Assembly (NCBI GenBank): GCA_947447955.1
Contig: CANFLS010000004.1
Location: forward strand, 21,327 to 85,326
DNA: 64,000 nt
Origin: Flavobacteriales bacterium
GTDB lineage: Bacteria > Bacteroidota > Bacteroidia > NS11-12g > UBA955
Direction of reading: 5' to 3'
Below are positions 32,401 to 43,411 of the stretch, one piece after another. The notes under the pieces were generated by a model that saw only the letters and a program-made list of their open reading frames with translations, was not told the origin of the DNA and ran no database searches. The stretch's first letter is position 1. Each line of letters begins with the position of its first letter. The translations under genes and the position numbers were made by a program.

Positions 32401-33950
32401 CGATTTGAATATATTCTCAGCCAAATAATCAACTGTAAAATTTGCTGATGGATCTTCAGAAACCATGGTTCCATCAATCATTCCATGATCTAATATTCCA
32501 ATCACCGATGCTTTTTCAAAACTGCGTTGGTTCATTGAATACGAGGATGTGGCAATATCATATTCAATTACAGCATTTTCATCAAAGCCTTTCCCTTTGA
32601 GTTTCACATCCATATTCGCCTTCCCTAAAAATGCAGCTTGTGGTAAAAAATGATTCCAATCTACAGAATCAACATTTACATCCAAATCATAACCCATAGG
32701 TTCATCTTCCTTCTCATAATCTAAATCAAGAAGACCGGCCAAATTTCCCTTATCTGTATTGATTTCACCATCCCAATGCAATAAGCCCATTGGCAAATCC
32801 AAAGCACCATTCAATTTCACGAAGCCTAAATCTAGTACTGTTTTAGGTAATTCTATTTCGGGGATCAATGTGGTAATGTCTTCCACAAAAACAACAGATT
32901 GTTTAAACTCAATGCCATTGAACAAGGTTTGCACGTCAGGCAATCCTTTCAAAACGTATTTCAAATTCAATACTGTGCCTTTATTTGTTTTGGCTTGAAA
33001 ATAGTTAGATTGAATATTACACAGAGGACCCTTGATGTCTGCATTTACATCCAGTGCAAAATTTCTATTTTTTAACCATGGGGCAAATGCACTTATATCG
33101 GAAAGGCTAATTTTAGAATTCCTCAGCTTTAAGCTATAAATAACATCTGTAAAAGTCTTGTCCATTGCCGCAAAATCCTTGTAGGTCATTGAAAACTTTG
33201 GACCAATAAAACTATTGGGGAGTTCCAATTTCATTTTATCTAAAGTAATTTGAGTATTGTCAATTATACAATTGGCCGACAAAGATTTTATGCAAAATCC
33301 ACTTCTGTCAATGGCTGTTAAGTTCTTTATTTGAAAGTGATTGCCGCCATTGTCATCAATAATCCATTCTGGAATTTGCCCATTGATATTACGAATTGCC
33401 AAATAGTTTGGATTATATTCACCGGGTATATTCTTAAAATCGGAAGGTCTGTAATCAAATTGAATAAAATTGGCATCCACCAATTGAATGTTGTTGATAT
33501 TTATCTTCCAAGGTTTTGATTTCGTGGTGGTATCGGCCGATTTAAAATATTCCTCAATAAATTGATAGTTAACTACTTTTTCATTTTTGTAATATCCAAT
33601 GTGGATAGCCATTTTATTCAATTCAACGTACTTTAAATCAATTTTCCGCTTGCGGAATGAAAAATGTGCAATGTTGGCATTGAATGTTTTGGCGTAAAAG
33701 ATGGTATCATTGTGTTTGTCGAGAATCAACAAATCTTCTAAATGATAATTTCTTAGAAAGTCAATTTCAACGGCTTTAACACTTACCTTAGTGCCTAATT
33801 CCTTTGATAGATAACCAGTTAAATACTGTGCAATTTCAGTTTGAACAAATTTATTACGGGTAAGAACTGCCACTATGCTCGAAAAGAAAACGAGCAACAA
33901 TAGCGTTCTAAGCAATATCTTCCGTAATTTTGAACCGCGTTTTTTCAAAG
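29494..33950 (-). CDS. tamB: translocation/assembly module TamB
   Basis: About 1490-aa beta-taco protein with N-terminal TM anchor and DUF490 motifs (GGSIVWDGDP, G.GI.YRKEF). Start is approximate; the track start at 33999 overlaps tsaD. Confidence 0.85.
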
Positions 33951-33990
33951 AAATCAAATATAACGAATATAACACCAAACGAATCCACCA

Positions 33991-34998
33991 ATGAATCAAG
34001 CATCCACTATTTTGGGCATTGAAAGCAGTTGCGACGATACCGCAGCAGCCATACTTGATAACGAAATTATTTTATCAAATATTACCTCAACCCAAAAAGT
34101 TCACGAATCATTTGGCGGTGTTGTTCCAGAATTGGCATCTAGGGCACACCAAAGTTCCATCATTCCCGTTATTGATTCGGCTTTGAAAGAAGCAAGTATG
34201 TCCCTCCAAAATCTTTCTGCCATTGCTGTAACTCAAGGCCCAGGACTAATGGGTTCGCTCATGGTTGGCATAAATACAGCCAAAGCACTTTCTATGGCTT
34301 TAAACGTGCCTCTAATTGGGGTAAATCACCTTCAGGCGCATGTTGCAGCACTTTATATCGACAATGAAGTTGAATTTCCATTGTTATGCCTTTTGGTAAG
34401 CGGCGGTCATACCCAACTCATTTGGGTAACCAATTTTATGGAAATGGAAATTATTGGAAATTCTATTGATGACGCCGTGGGAGAAGCCTTCGACAAGGCA
34501 GGTAAATTAATGGGATTGGGATATCCCGGTGGACCGCAAATTTCAAAACTTGCAGAAAATGGAAATCCTTTAAAATTCTCATTCCCCGATAGCCAAACCA
34601 AAAATTATGATTTTAGTTTTTCCGGAATTAAAACTTCTTTGTTGTATTTTTTGAGGGATAATCAACTTGCTGATCCAGATTTCTTGAGCAAAAACGTGAA
34701 TGATATTTGTGCATCTTACGAATATTCATTGGTAAAAATGTTAATCAAAAGACTGGAAAAAGCATTAAAAGATTTAAATCCCCAAAGCATAGGAATTGTA
34801 GGTGGTGTTTCTGCCAATAAAGCGTTGCGCACAGCTTTAAATGAATTGGCAACCAAACACAACACAAAGAGCTATATCCCTCAATTTCAATATTGTACAG
34901 ACAATGCCGCAATGATTGCCAAAGCAGGTTCTTACTTATTGAGGGACAAAAAATTCATGGAAATATCAGATACCCCGTACACCAGGATTAAATCTTAA
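33991..34998 (+). CDS. tsaD: tRNA N6-adenosine threonylcarbamoyltransferase
   Basis: LGIESSCDDT, GGVVPELASRAH, NHLQAH, LLVSGGHT, CTDNAAMI. Confidence 0.98.
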   Translation: MNQASTILGIESSCDDTAAAILDNEIILSNITSTQKVHESFGGVVPELASRAHQSSIIPVIDSALKEASMSLQNLSAIAVTQGPGLMGSLMVGINTAKALSMALNVPLIGVNHLQAHVAALYIDNEVEFPLLCLLVSGGHTQLIWVTNFMEMEIIGNSIDDAVGEAFDKAGKLMGLGYPGGPQISKLAENGNPLKFSFPDSQTKNYDFSFSGIKTSLLYFLRDNQLADPDFLSKNVNDICASYEYSLVKMLIKRLEKALKDLNPQSIGIVGGVSANKALRTALNELATKHNTKSYIPQFQYCTDNAAMIAKAGSYLLRDKKFMEISDTPYTRIKS

Positions 34999-35021
34999 TC
35001 CTATATCTTTGTGTTTTTATT

Positions 35022-35924
35022 ATGATGTTAATTCCTACCCCAGAACTCATTGCTGCCGGCAACGAAAAAGCCATTGCAAGGGCAATTTCTTGGGTTGAGA
35101 ATAACCATCCACATGCTTTACAACTGCTCAAACAATTAAACGGATCTGCCGATGTAATTGGCATTACTGGCCCTCCTGGTGCCGGGAAAAGCAGCTTGGT
35201 GCATGCTTTGGCAAAATATTGGAGTAAACAAAACTTGCGTATTGCAATTGTTGCTGTTGACCCATCTTCAGTTTTTAATTTTGGTTCACTTTTGGGCGAC
35301 CGTTTGAGAATGCAATCATTATTCCTCATGCCAAATGTTTTCATTAGAAGTATTAGTTCAAGGGGTTCACTTGGAGGATTGAGCGGAAGCATCATTGAAG
35401 TGGTAGATGTTTTAAAACATGCCAAATTCGATAAAATTATCATTGAAACAGTTGGCGTGGGACAAAGTGAGGTTGAAATTGCGGGACTCGCAGATACCAC
35501 CATTGTAGTTTCAGTACCTGAAAGCGGCGATGAAATTCAAACGCTGAAAAGTGGCATCATGGAAATAGCCGATATTTTCGTGGTTAACAAATCAGACAGA
35601 GATGGCGCTGAAGCTTTTGCAAGTCACTTACAGAAACTTGCTCATTTTAGATCGACCCCGGATTGGGAAACCCAAGTAATTCTAACCAATGCGATGACAG
35701 AAACAGGCATACCAGAACTTTCAAATGCCATTTCAAAACATGCAGCACACAACCAAGGAAACAACAGAATGAATTTCCTTTTGGCGGAAAGAGCTTATAC
35801 TCTTATTCAGAAAAACCGAATGAAATCAGTAAGTGTGATTGCTTTAAAAAACGAGATTGAATTATTAAGAAATGAAAATAATTTTAATCTTTATGGTTTT
35901 ATTCAAACCAAACTTCAAAATTAA
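35022..35924 (+). CDS. meaB: methylmalonyl-CoA mutase-associated GTPase
   Basis: GITGPPGAGKS, AVDPSS..GSLLGDRLRM, ETVGVGQSE, NKSD. Confidence 0.93.
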   Translation: MMLIPTPELIAAGNEKAIARAISWVENNHPHALQLLKQLNGSADVIGITGPPGAGKSSLVHALAKYWSKQNLRIAIVAVDPSSVFNFGSLLGDRLRMQSLFLMPNVFIRSISSRGSLGGLSGSIIEVVDVLKHAKFDKIIIETVGVGQSEVEIAGLADTTIVVSVPESGDEIQTLKSGIMEIADIFVVNKSDRDGAEAFASHLQKLAHFRSTPDWETQVILTNAMTETGIPELSNAISKHAAHNQGNNRMNFLLAERAYTLIQKNRMKSVSVIALKNEIELLRNENNFNLYGFIQTKLQN

Positions 35925-35927
35925 TTC

Positions 35928-38411
35928 TTAACGAATTACTTGGAATTTAGTAACCGTACTTGGTGTACTTAAAATATACAACCCACTAGATAAATTCGAA
36001 ATATCAATTGCAGATTCTAAATCTTCAATTTTTCCAGTTTTCATTATTTCACCGGTAAAATTCACGATTGACCATTTAGAATTGATTTCATTTTCAATCC
36101 AACGTACGTTTAATGCTTGCTTGGCTGGATTTGGATAAACAACCAATCCAGTTTTAGATAAGTGATTTACCGAAGCCGTGGCGTCAAAAATAGTCACACC
36201 ACAAGTATTTGAATATCCAATCCATTTAGAATCGAAGGTCACAGAAGCTGTATTAGGAATTTGCGTTTGTAAAGGCAATTTATCATACAATTCAACATCA
36301 TATTCAACCCATCCCATGCTCTTAGATGGATTCATTTCGTAAGCTTGCAAATTAGCTGGGTCAAAATTCACAACCAATACATTTCCTGGTTGAATGTAAG
36401 GTGGTTTCCCTCCAACAGGGTAGAATGATTTTACAATGATTCTATTGAGTGGCAATTTTGAAGAAATGGTATCTACAAAAACTGCTTTCCCAACAAATGA
36501 ATTTCCGATATTTCTGAAATTAACTGTGTACTTCCAAGTTTTGGTTCTGTAATCAATGAATTCTCCATTGTTTGAAATCTTTTCAACCGCATTCATGGCA
36601 TTTCCTCGTTTACCTATACTCATTTTCACAGTATCAAAATTATCTGTGCTCATTGCATCATTTTGCACAAACAAAGAACCTGTTTTTACTGTTAATGGAT
36701 AATAGCTAGAAGAAGTTGCATTACCCGGCAATTTCAATGAAACTTCTATGTAACGCGTTTCAAATGGTTTTAAATCTACCAAGCTAAATGTAGCTTCTGA
36801 ATTTTCATAATTATCTGGCGAAGGAACACTGCTAAAGTTTGTTAATGCGGTAGGGTGCACCAAATGAATGGTAGGACCAGACAAATTAGTAGCGCCTCTG
36901 TTTACAACAGTTACCAATGCTTTCACATCGTCGCCTGGCTTTGTATCAACATTATAAATGGGATGTAATTTTACTTCTAAATCCTTTAAAGTTGGATCCA
37001 TGTATTCACCTAAAAAGACAGAAGCGTATTTGCCAGACCTAATTTGGGTTGAGAAATTGCTTGCACAAACTGAATACATATGTCGTTGAGATGTATTATA
37101 AATTATATAATCACCTTCTGGAAGTGCCAATGAAAAATGTCCGTTTTGATCTGTTACAACAAAATAATTTTTTTGATTGTCTTTTTTCATAATGCGCATT
37201 ACTGAGTTTGGTATTCCAACCTCATTCAAATCTTTCACGCAGTTTGAATTTAAATCATAAAACAAATCACCGAACAAATTACCTGCAGCAGATTCAATAC
37301 TTGAAAAATATTTTACTCCCGTATTTTGTTCAAAAAAATCACCCCACACAAATGCACCAGTACCACGTTGACCCAATGTAAAGTTTCCGGTTAATCTGTT
37401 CCCAGTAAATGCCAATGTATCTGCCTCATATCGCAACAACGAAGAAGCATTTCCATTTTTTGCAAAAGTCCCTCCTAATAATAAATAATTAGGGGTACCA
37501 GCTATTGTTTTAACTAAAGATGTTTGAAACCCATTGAATTTAATTGGTTGAGACCATAAACTTTTGAAATTTCTAATTTGTGTATTTCCCAAGCTGTCTT
37601 TTCCTAAAACCGAAATTTGATTATCAAAATATGCTAAGGTTGAAATTTCTCCTTTGAAAGGACTTCCTATTCCACCCCAACCACCATTGGCGGCAGTGTA
37701 ATATGCAATGTTACCGGTGTAACTTCCAGCGAAGTTTTGAAAATCTCCAGCAATATAAAGGCGATTTCCAACAACCATCAATGAATTAATTTTACCATCA
37801 GCACCTTGATTGGTTTCATTACTTCCCAAATAGTTCCAAGAAGTTCCATCAAAAGAAGCAATATTTTGAACGGATTTTCCGTTTACGGTGTTTTTAAATA
37901 ACCCAGCAACAATCAACTTGTTGTCAAATACAGTCATAGCCACAATACCGTTATTTTTGGTATCTACCACACCTATTTCTGGAACCCAAGTTCTAGAGGT
38001 TTCATCCCATTTATACAAATGGCTAATCGGCATTTCTGCATCTTTCACAGCATTTGCAATGTATGCCCCAATGTAAATTGTATTGTTATATAAAGCAATT
38101 GAATGAAAATTATAAACGCCCATTGTATTTACAACTGGACCTGGAGTCATTAATCCTGGATAAAACTTCCAGTAAACACCATTCCAACGACCCAATGTAT
38201 AATCATTTGGTGTTGCAGATTCTAGATCTTCATACAAAGCGAAATATTCAGTATTCGTAGCAAAAGAGGCAACAACACGAGAAGGCAAACCATTTCCCAA
38301 CGGTTGCAATACCTGTGCCTTTGAAAAAGTTACACAAAAGAATGCCACAATGAAGAATAGAAACTTCTGCATTGTTTGCAATTTACACATTTTGTTTTTC
38401 ATTTTTTGCAC
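35928..38411 (-). CDS. T9SS type A sorting-domain protein (beta-propeller, SdrD-B-like and DUF11/DUF7619-like domains)
   Basis: Repeats of W..LG..V....LY.AG.F, then G.LFYDLNSNC, YTVNFRN.G, C-terminal VYPNPA..LSSGLYIL. Likely start is 38372. Confidence 0.8.
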   Translation of the reverse strand: MQKMKNKMCKLQTMQKFLFFIVAFFCVTFSKAQVLQPLGNGLPSRVVASFATNTEYFALYEDLESATPNDYTLGRWNGVYWKFYPGLMTPGPVVNTMGVYNFHSIALYNNTIYIGAYIANAVKDAEMPISHLYKWDETSRTWVPEIGVVDTKNNGIVAMTVFDNKLIVAGLFKNTVNGKSVQNIASFDGTSWNYLGSNETNQGADGKINSLMVVGNRLYIAGDFQNFAGSYTGNIAYYTAANGGWGGIGSPFKGEISTLAYFDNQISVLGKDSLGNTQIRNFKSLWSQPIKFNGFQTSLVKTIAGTPNYLLLGGTFAKNGNASSLLRYEADTLAFTGNRLTGNFTLGQRGTGAFVWGDFFEQNTGVKYFSSIESAAGNLFGDLFYDLNSNCVKDLNEVGIPNSVMRIMKKDNQKNYFVVTDQNGHFSLALPEGDYIIYNTSQRHMYSVCASNFSTQIRSGKYASVFLGEYMDPTLKDLEVKLHPIYNVDTKPGDDVKALVTVVNRGATNLSGPTIHLVHPTALTNFSSVPSPDNYENSEATFSLVDLKPFETRYIEVSLKLPGNATSSSYYPLTVKTGSLFVQNDAMSTDNFDTVKMSIGKRGNAMNAVEKISNNGEFIDYRTKTWKYTVNFRNIGNSFVGKAVFVDTISSKLPLNRIIVKSFYPVGGKPPYIQPGNVLVVNFDPANLQAYEMNPSKSMGWVEYDVELYDKLPLQTQIPNTASVTFDSKWIGYSNTCGVTIFDATASVNHLSKTGLVVYPNPAKQALNVRWIENEINSKWSIVNFTGEIMKTGKIEDLESAIDISNLSSGLYILSTPSTVTKFQVIR

Positions 38412-38424
38412 CTCTCTTTAATCT

Positions 38425-39729
38425 TTAAAATAAACGCCAAACATAAAACGCCGACAAACCAACCGACCATGCCCTATTTTGGACAGCTGAATTTTGTTTA
38501 TACAACGGTGTAAACATACCTTGGGTATTGATTCTCGCACCCAATTTGGCACGATTAGAAATCTCTTTCTGAACCCCTACTCCCAATTTAGCCGACCACA
38601 ATAAATCGCGGTATACTCCAGCATTAATGTCTTGCAAAGACAATAACTGGTAGTTTAATGTATTGCCTTTTTGTGCAGTCAAATAATTTGCTTGCACCAA
38701 TGCTTCTGAAGTAATTGACCACTTATTACGCAATGGATATTCAAAAATGGCACCCACTGGAACACTAATCATTGAAATATTAGATATTCCTTGATAATTC
38801 ACTTCAGGACCCAAACCTAAGTATCCAAAAATTGGATAGTTACCAAAAGCATCTGCTGTATTTCCTTGTGCCAAAGTTGCTGGCATGCTGTCTCTAAAAT
38901 GAAAATTCTGCTGGGTTCTATTCTGCATCCATCCCAACCCAGCAGAAATACTCCACTTTTGCGACAACTTATATCTTAATGCGAAATGCAATTGAGCCGC
39001 GCTCAAAGCAAATTCGCTTTGTTTCATTCTTTCTAAATAATTTTTGTGTATGTACTTCTCCAAAGAAGGAGTTGCACTGTACAATACTGAAGTTTGATTT
39101 TGATCATACCCAACCTCAAAAGCCCAGGCTGACAAATTCCTTTTTGTGGGCTCCTGAGGTTTTAGGGTTATCAAAGTCGACTGTAAAAGATTTCCAAAGT
39201 AAATTGGAAAGATTTCAAGCTGTTTGGCATTGAAATCTTCTAGAACTATATGATTGAATATTGATGAAATTTCATTGCTTGTGTTTACAACCGCTTCATT
39301 TTGCAAACTATTTACGTTTGCAATGATTTCAATGTTTTGTTTAGGCTTATTTAAAACAGCTGATGAAGATTGTAATTGAATTGAGTTATTGATTTTTTTA
39401 GCTACCTCAATTTGAGTTGGAATGTTTAATTTACTTACTTGTTGATTGTCAATCTTGTTGTTTTGATTGTTCAGTATAACAACATTTTTGATTTTATTGT
39501 TTTCAGAATGCAATTCGTTAGACTGTCCTCCAAAATAGAAAATAGAAGAAGCAACAACAGCAATTGTTGAAGCGGCCACTGAAGTAAACAATACGAAACG
39601 GCGTTTTTTTGTCGCTTTAGTTTCCAATTTTGCATCAAGTTGATCCCAAGCAAAAGCAGCAGGCATTGGAGCAAATTCAGAGAATTTGTCCTGTAGCTGT
39701 TGGTCAATATTTGGGTTCTTGTTATTCAA
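38425..39729 (-). CDS. putative anti-sigma factor with C-terminal outer-membrane beta-barrel
   Basis: N-terminal D..L..K...F...P...W..L motif, one TM helix, low-complexity linker, barrel ending in F. Overlaps the sigma gene. Confidence 0.7.
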   Translation of the reverse strand: MNNKNPNIDQQLQDKFSEFAPMPAAFAWDQLDAKLETKATKKRRFVLFTSVAASTIAVVASSIFYFGGQSNELHSENNKIKNVVILNNQNNKIDNQQVSKLNIPTQIEVAKKINNSIQLQSSSAVLNKPKQNIEIIANVNSLQNEAVVNTSNEISSIFNHIVLEDFNAKQLEIFPIYFGNLLQSTLITLKPQEPTKRNLSAWAFEVGYDQNQTSVLYSATPSLEKYIHKNYLERMKQSEFALSAAQLHFALRYKLSQKWSISAGLGWMQNRTQQNFHFRDSMPATLAQGNTADAFGNYPIFGYLGLGPEVNYQGISNISMISVPVGAIFEYPLRNKWSITSEALVQANYLTAQKGNTLNYQLLSLQDINAGVYRDLLWSAKLGVGVQKEISNRAKLGARINTQGMFTPLYKQNSAVQNRAWSVGLSAFYVWRLF

Positions 39730-40276
39730 AATTGTTTAATCGTGTTTTGTTTTCTATTTGATCTTTTAGCATTTTTCTCGCTCTGCTCAAAATACTTTTC
39801 GAATTAGATTCGGTGGTATTTAACAACTGGGCGATTTCTTTGTGAGATAATTTGTCGATTGCGTACATATTTAAAACAATTCCATATTTATCGGGGAGTT
39901 GCTTCATTAATTCAAGCACATCATCCGCGGAAAGTTCATCCATGTTAGCAGAGACATCTTCGGTATCGGTGGCGGCGTTTGCACTTTCTATATCGACCAA
40001 AATGGGGTCATTTTTTGCTTTTCTATATTTTGAAAGCGCCAAATTGATAAATATGCGTGTCATCCATCCTTCGAAACCATGTGTTTCTCTCAAAGAATTT
40101 ATACTGTCAAAGATCTTTATGAAACCCTCTTGCAACAAGTCTTGGGCATCTGCATTGCTTTTGGAATACCTTAAACAATGTCCGAACATTTTTGCACCGA
40201 AACGATCGAAGAGTTCCTTTTGAGCTCGACGGTCATTTTTGATACATCCGGATATGATTTCCTCATTTGTTAACAA
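39722..40276 (-). CDS. ECF RNA polymerase sigma factor
   Basis: AQDLLQEGFIKIF, FEGWM.RI, LSHKEIA.LL...ESNSKS.LSRAR. Confidence 0.95.
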   Translation of the reverse strand: MLTNEEIISGCIKNDRRAQKELFDRFGAKMFGHCLRYSKSNADAQDLLQEGFIKIFDSINSLRETHGFEGWMTRIFINLALSKYRKAKNDPILVDIESANAATDTEDVSANMDELSADDVLELMKQLPDKYGIVLNMYAIDKLSHKEIAQLLNTTESNSKSILSRARKMLKDQIENKTRLNNFE

Positions 40277-40292
40277 GTAGCTTCAAGATTAT

Positions 40293-40317
40293 GACGTGAA
40301 AATTAGAAAAGGTTGCA
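40293..40317 (-). promoter_or_regulatory. ECF-type promoter, probably autoregulatory
   Basis: TGCAAC-N16-GTC just upstream of the sigma gene. Confidence 0.55.
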
Positions 40318-40355
40318 AAAAAAAATTAAAATTGTACTGATTTTTATAAAAAAAC

Positions 40356-41435
40356 ATGAAAAATAACCCATTTACACTCAAAATATTTTTAATAATTTCA
40401 ATTTCAACCTTGTTTTCAAACCTTGTAAAAGCACAATATTACGAACAGGATGTTTATTCAGCAACCAAATACGTAACTATTTACACTTCTGATTTTGTTA
40501 CAGGAAAGAAAATCCTTAATAATTACCTATCCAACAAAAAATGTGAAGTACTGAATCAAGAAATTAATACCCGAACTTTTGAAGTTTCATTTCAATTGAA
40601 TGAAAATTTGGTTGGATCGTTAGATTCTGCTTTAGGACTTATTGGATACATTACCAATTCTACCCAAAACAACAACAATAACAAACTGAAAGTAAAAAAA
40701 TTAGAAGCAGAGCTGGAAGACAATACATATAAATTGGAAAAAATGCGCAACAAATACAAATTAGATTCTAATGCCAATTCAAGAAAAAACATAGAATTTT
40801 CCATAGAGAATTTAGAAGAAAATAACAGGCGTATTTCTCGCAATCTCAAACAAATGAAAGAAAATTATCAAACGGTATTTGTAAAGGTTACCATCAACGA
40901 TGAACTTTCAACCCCCACAAATTCCAAAATTGCTTTTGCTAAAATGCCAGGGTTGACATACAATCGTTTATATATAGAAAATCAGAAGAATGGAATTTCT
41001 ACAAATCTTTACGCGGGTTACAGTATGAAATATATTTTTACCAAAGGCAAAAGCTATTTTCAAATTGGCGTGTTGAAAAGTGCAACTGACTTGTCAAAAG
41101 TTACTAAATACGACAGCGTAAAAGCCAAAAACACTATCAATGAATTTTTTACATTTGAATTCGGTCAAGATTTTTATACCAGATATTTTGGACGTGGAAA
41201 TAGAAAGTTCTTCAATTTGTACTCAGGTTACTCAATTGGAGGTGCAATTATTAATCAGGCTAACGACTTAAACACACGCTTTGCTGCTTTCACCAATTTG
41301 AGTATGGGTGTTGAGTTATTGAAAACAAAACACATATTATTAGATGTAAAAGGTTCCTATTTTTTACCGCTGGCAGATATCAACAGAAACACAAGGGGCA
41401 TCATGCTAAGTGGCTCATTTAACTTTGTGTTCTAA
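40356..41435 (+). CDS. hypothetical secreted protein: DUF4349-like coiled coil plus C-terminal beta-barrel-like region
   Basis: Signal peptide, central heptad coiled coil, amphipathic beta-strands ending SFNFVF. Confidence 0.5.
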   Translation: MKNNPFTLKIFLIISISTLFSNLVKAQYYEQDVYSATKYVTIYTSDFVTGKKILNNYLSNKKCEVLNQEINTRTFEVSFQLNENLVGSLDSALGLIGYITNSTQNNNNNKLKVKKLEAELEDNTYKLEKMRNKYKLDSNANSRKNIEFSIENLEENNRRISRNLKQMKENYQTVFVKVTINDELSTPTNSKIAFAKMPGLTYNRLYIENQKNGISTNLYAGYSMKYIFTKGKSYFQIGVLKSATDLSKVTKYDSVKAKNTINEFFTFEFGQDFYTRYFGRGNRKFFNLYSGYSIGGAIINQANDLNTRFAAFTNLSMGVELLKTKHILLDVKGSYFLPLADINRNTRGIMLSGSFNFVF

Positions 41436-43411
41436 TGGAATTTGACAAGAAAAATCTGTCCGAAGCCGAGTTAATGCTCATTTACAGGGCATTGATAAAA
41501 CCACGTATCATTGAAGAACGCATGTTGGTTTTACTCAGACAAGGTAAAATTGGAAAGTGGTTTAGCGGCATAGGACAAGAAGCAATTTCTGTAGGTTTAA
41601 CATTGGCACTTTATGAAGACGAGTATATTCTACCCCTTCATAGAAATTTAGGCGTTTTCACCACCCGTAATATGTCTGACAAACAATTGTTTGCGCAGTG
41701 GCAAGGCAAAAAAAGTGGTTTCACCAAAGGCCGCGACAGAAGTTTCCACTTTGGAAGCAATGAGCACCATATTGTTGGAATGATTTCTCACCTAGGTGCC
41801 ATGCTCGGTGTTGCAAATGGTATTGCACTCGCAGACATTTTAGAAAACAAACAACGTGTTACCGTTTGCTTTAGCGGTGATGGCGGTACCAGCGAAGGTG
41901 ATTTTCACGAAGCCATGAATGTGGCGGCAGTTTGGTCATTGCCTGTGATATTCTTGATTGAAAATAATGGTTATGGCTTGTCTACTCCTAGTCAAGAACA
42001 GTTTCGTTGCAAACAGTTCATCGACAAAGGCATAGGATACGGAATGGAAACCCTTCAAATTGATGGTAATAACATTCTTGAGGTTTATCATGAACTTTCA
42101 ACACTAACCAAATCAATGAGGGGAAATCCTAGGCCCGTTTTGGTTGAAGCCCTCACCTTCCGCATGCGTGGACATGAAGAAGCAAGTGGCACGAAATACG
42201 TCCCTCAAGAACTTTTTGACAAATGGATTAAAAAAGACCCTATTTCAAATTTTGAAACCTTTTTGATTTCTGAGGGATATTTAACCAACGAATTAAAAAA
42301 GAATATCGAAACTGAAATTTTGGCTCAATTAAATGAAAGTATTGAAGCTGTTTTTGCTGAGCCAGAAATTGAGGCAGATTTACAAGAGGAAATGAATGAT
42401 GTTTATGCGCCTTTTACTTCTCCAATTGAACCAGGAAATCATGATAACTGTTCCGAAATGCGACTCATTGATTCTGTTCGAAATGCCTTGTGGTTGGCAA
42501 TGGAAAAACATGATTCACTGGTGATTATGGGACAAGATGTTGCAGATTATGGTGGAGTTTTCAAAGCTACCGAAGGATTTGTTGAGAAATTTGGCAAGGC
42601 CAGGGTGCGCAATACCCCAATTACTGAAAGCAGTATTTTGGGCGCAGGATATGGCTTGGCAATTCGCAAAATGAAGGCAATTGTTGAAATGCAATTTTCT
42701 GATTTTGTTACTTGTGGATTTAATCAAATTGTCAATAATTTGGCAAAAAGTCATTACCGTTGGGCGCAACCCGCCGACGTGGTTGTGCGCATGCCAACCG
42801 GTGCTGGCGTGCAAGCTGGTCCTTTCCATAGTCAAAGTACAGAATCTTGGTTTTACAATGTACCAGGATTGAAAATATATTACCCAAGTACCGCAAAAGA
42901 TGCCAAAGGGTTATTGCTCAGGGCCATTGAAGATCCCAATCCAGTGCTCTTTTTCGAACACAAATATTTGTATAGGACCCAATCTGACTTGGTGCCAGAA
43001 GATTATTATATAATTGATGAAGGACAAGCAACCGTTCACGATTTTGGAAGTGACGCCTGCATTATCACTTACGGTTGGGGTGTTTCAAAAGCCCTCGAAG
43101 TTGTAAAAGAAAATAACTTCAACGTAAAAATCATTGACTTGAGAACCTTAGTTCCGTTAGATAAAGACACCATTGCCAACGTAGTAAAAGAAACCGGCAA
43201 GGTGTTGGTTTTAACTGAAGATTGTTTAACCGGAAGTATTGCTTCAGACATTGCCAGTTGGATATCTGAAGAATTTTTCGTATATTTAGATAGCCCTGTC
43301 ATGCGATTAGGTAGTATCGAAACCCCTATTCCACTCGCAAAAACCCTTGAAGATCAATTTTTACCTTGGGGTAGGTTGAAAGGGAAACTACAGGAGTTAA
43401 TTGAATTTTAG
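41435..43411 (+). CDS. 2-oxoacid (probably branched-chain) dehydrogenase E1, fused alpha/beta
   Basis: TPP motif GDGGTSEG...ENN, RMRGH, GQDV..YGGVF, NTPITE, HSQS.E, FFEHK, IDLRTL.P.D. Confidence 0.93.
   Translation: MEFDKKNLSEAELMLIYRALIKPRIIEERMLVLLRQGKIGKWFSGIGQEAISVGLTLALYEDEYILPLHRNLGVFTTRNMSDKQLFAQWQGKKSGFTKGRDRSFHFGSNEHHIVGMISHLGAMLGVANGIALADILENKQRVTVCFSGDGGTSEGDFHEAMNVAAVWSLPVIFLIENNGYGLSTPSQEQFRCKQFIDKGIGYGMETLQIDGNNILEVYHELSTLTKSMRGNPRPVLVEALTFRMRGHEEASGTKYVPQELFDKWIKKDPISNFETFLISEGYLTNELKKNIETEILAQLNESIEAVFAEPEIEADLQEEMNDVYAPFTSPIEPGNHDNCSEMRLIDSVRNALWLAMEKHDSLVIMGQDVADYGGVFKATEGFVEKFGKARVRNTPITESSILGAGYGLAIRKMKAIVEMQFSDFVTCGFNQIVNNLAKSHYRWAQPADVVVRMPTGAGVQAGPFHSQSTESWFYNVPGLKIYYPSTAKDAKGLLLRAIEDPNPVLFFEHKYLYRTQSDLVPEDYYIIDEGQATVHDFGSDACIITYGWGVSKALEVVKENNFNVKIIDLRTLVPLDKDTIANVVKETGKVLVLTEDCLTGSIASDIASWISEEFFVYLDSPVMRLGSIETPIPLAKTLEDQFLPWGRLKGKLQELIEF

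Noticed and set aside
33951-33999. head-to-head overlap of tamB and tsaD
   Set aside because: Probably an over-extended ORF start. The TamB basic/TM N-terminus begins further in.
34988-35503. 171-aa minus-strand ORF
   Set aside because: Antisense shadow of meaB.
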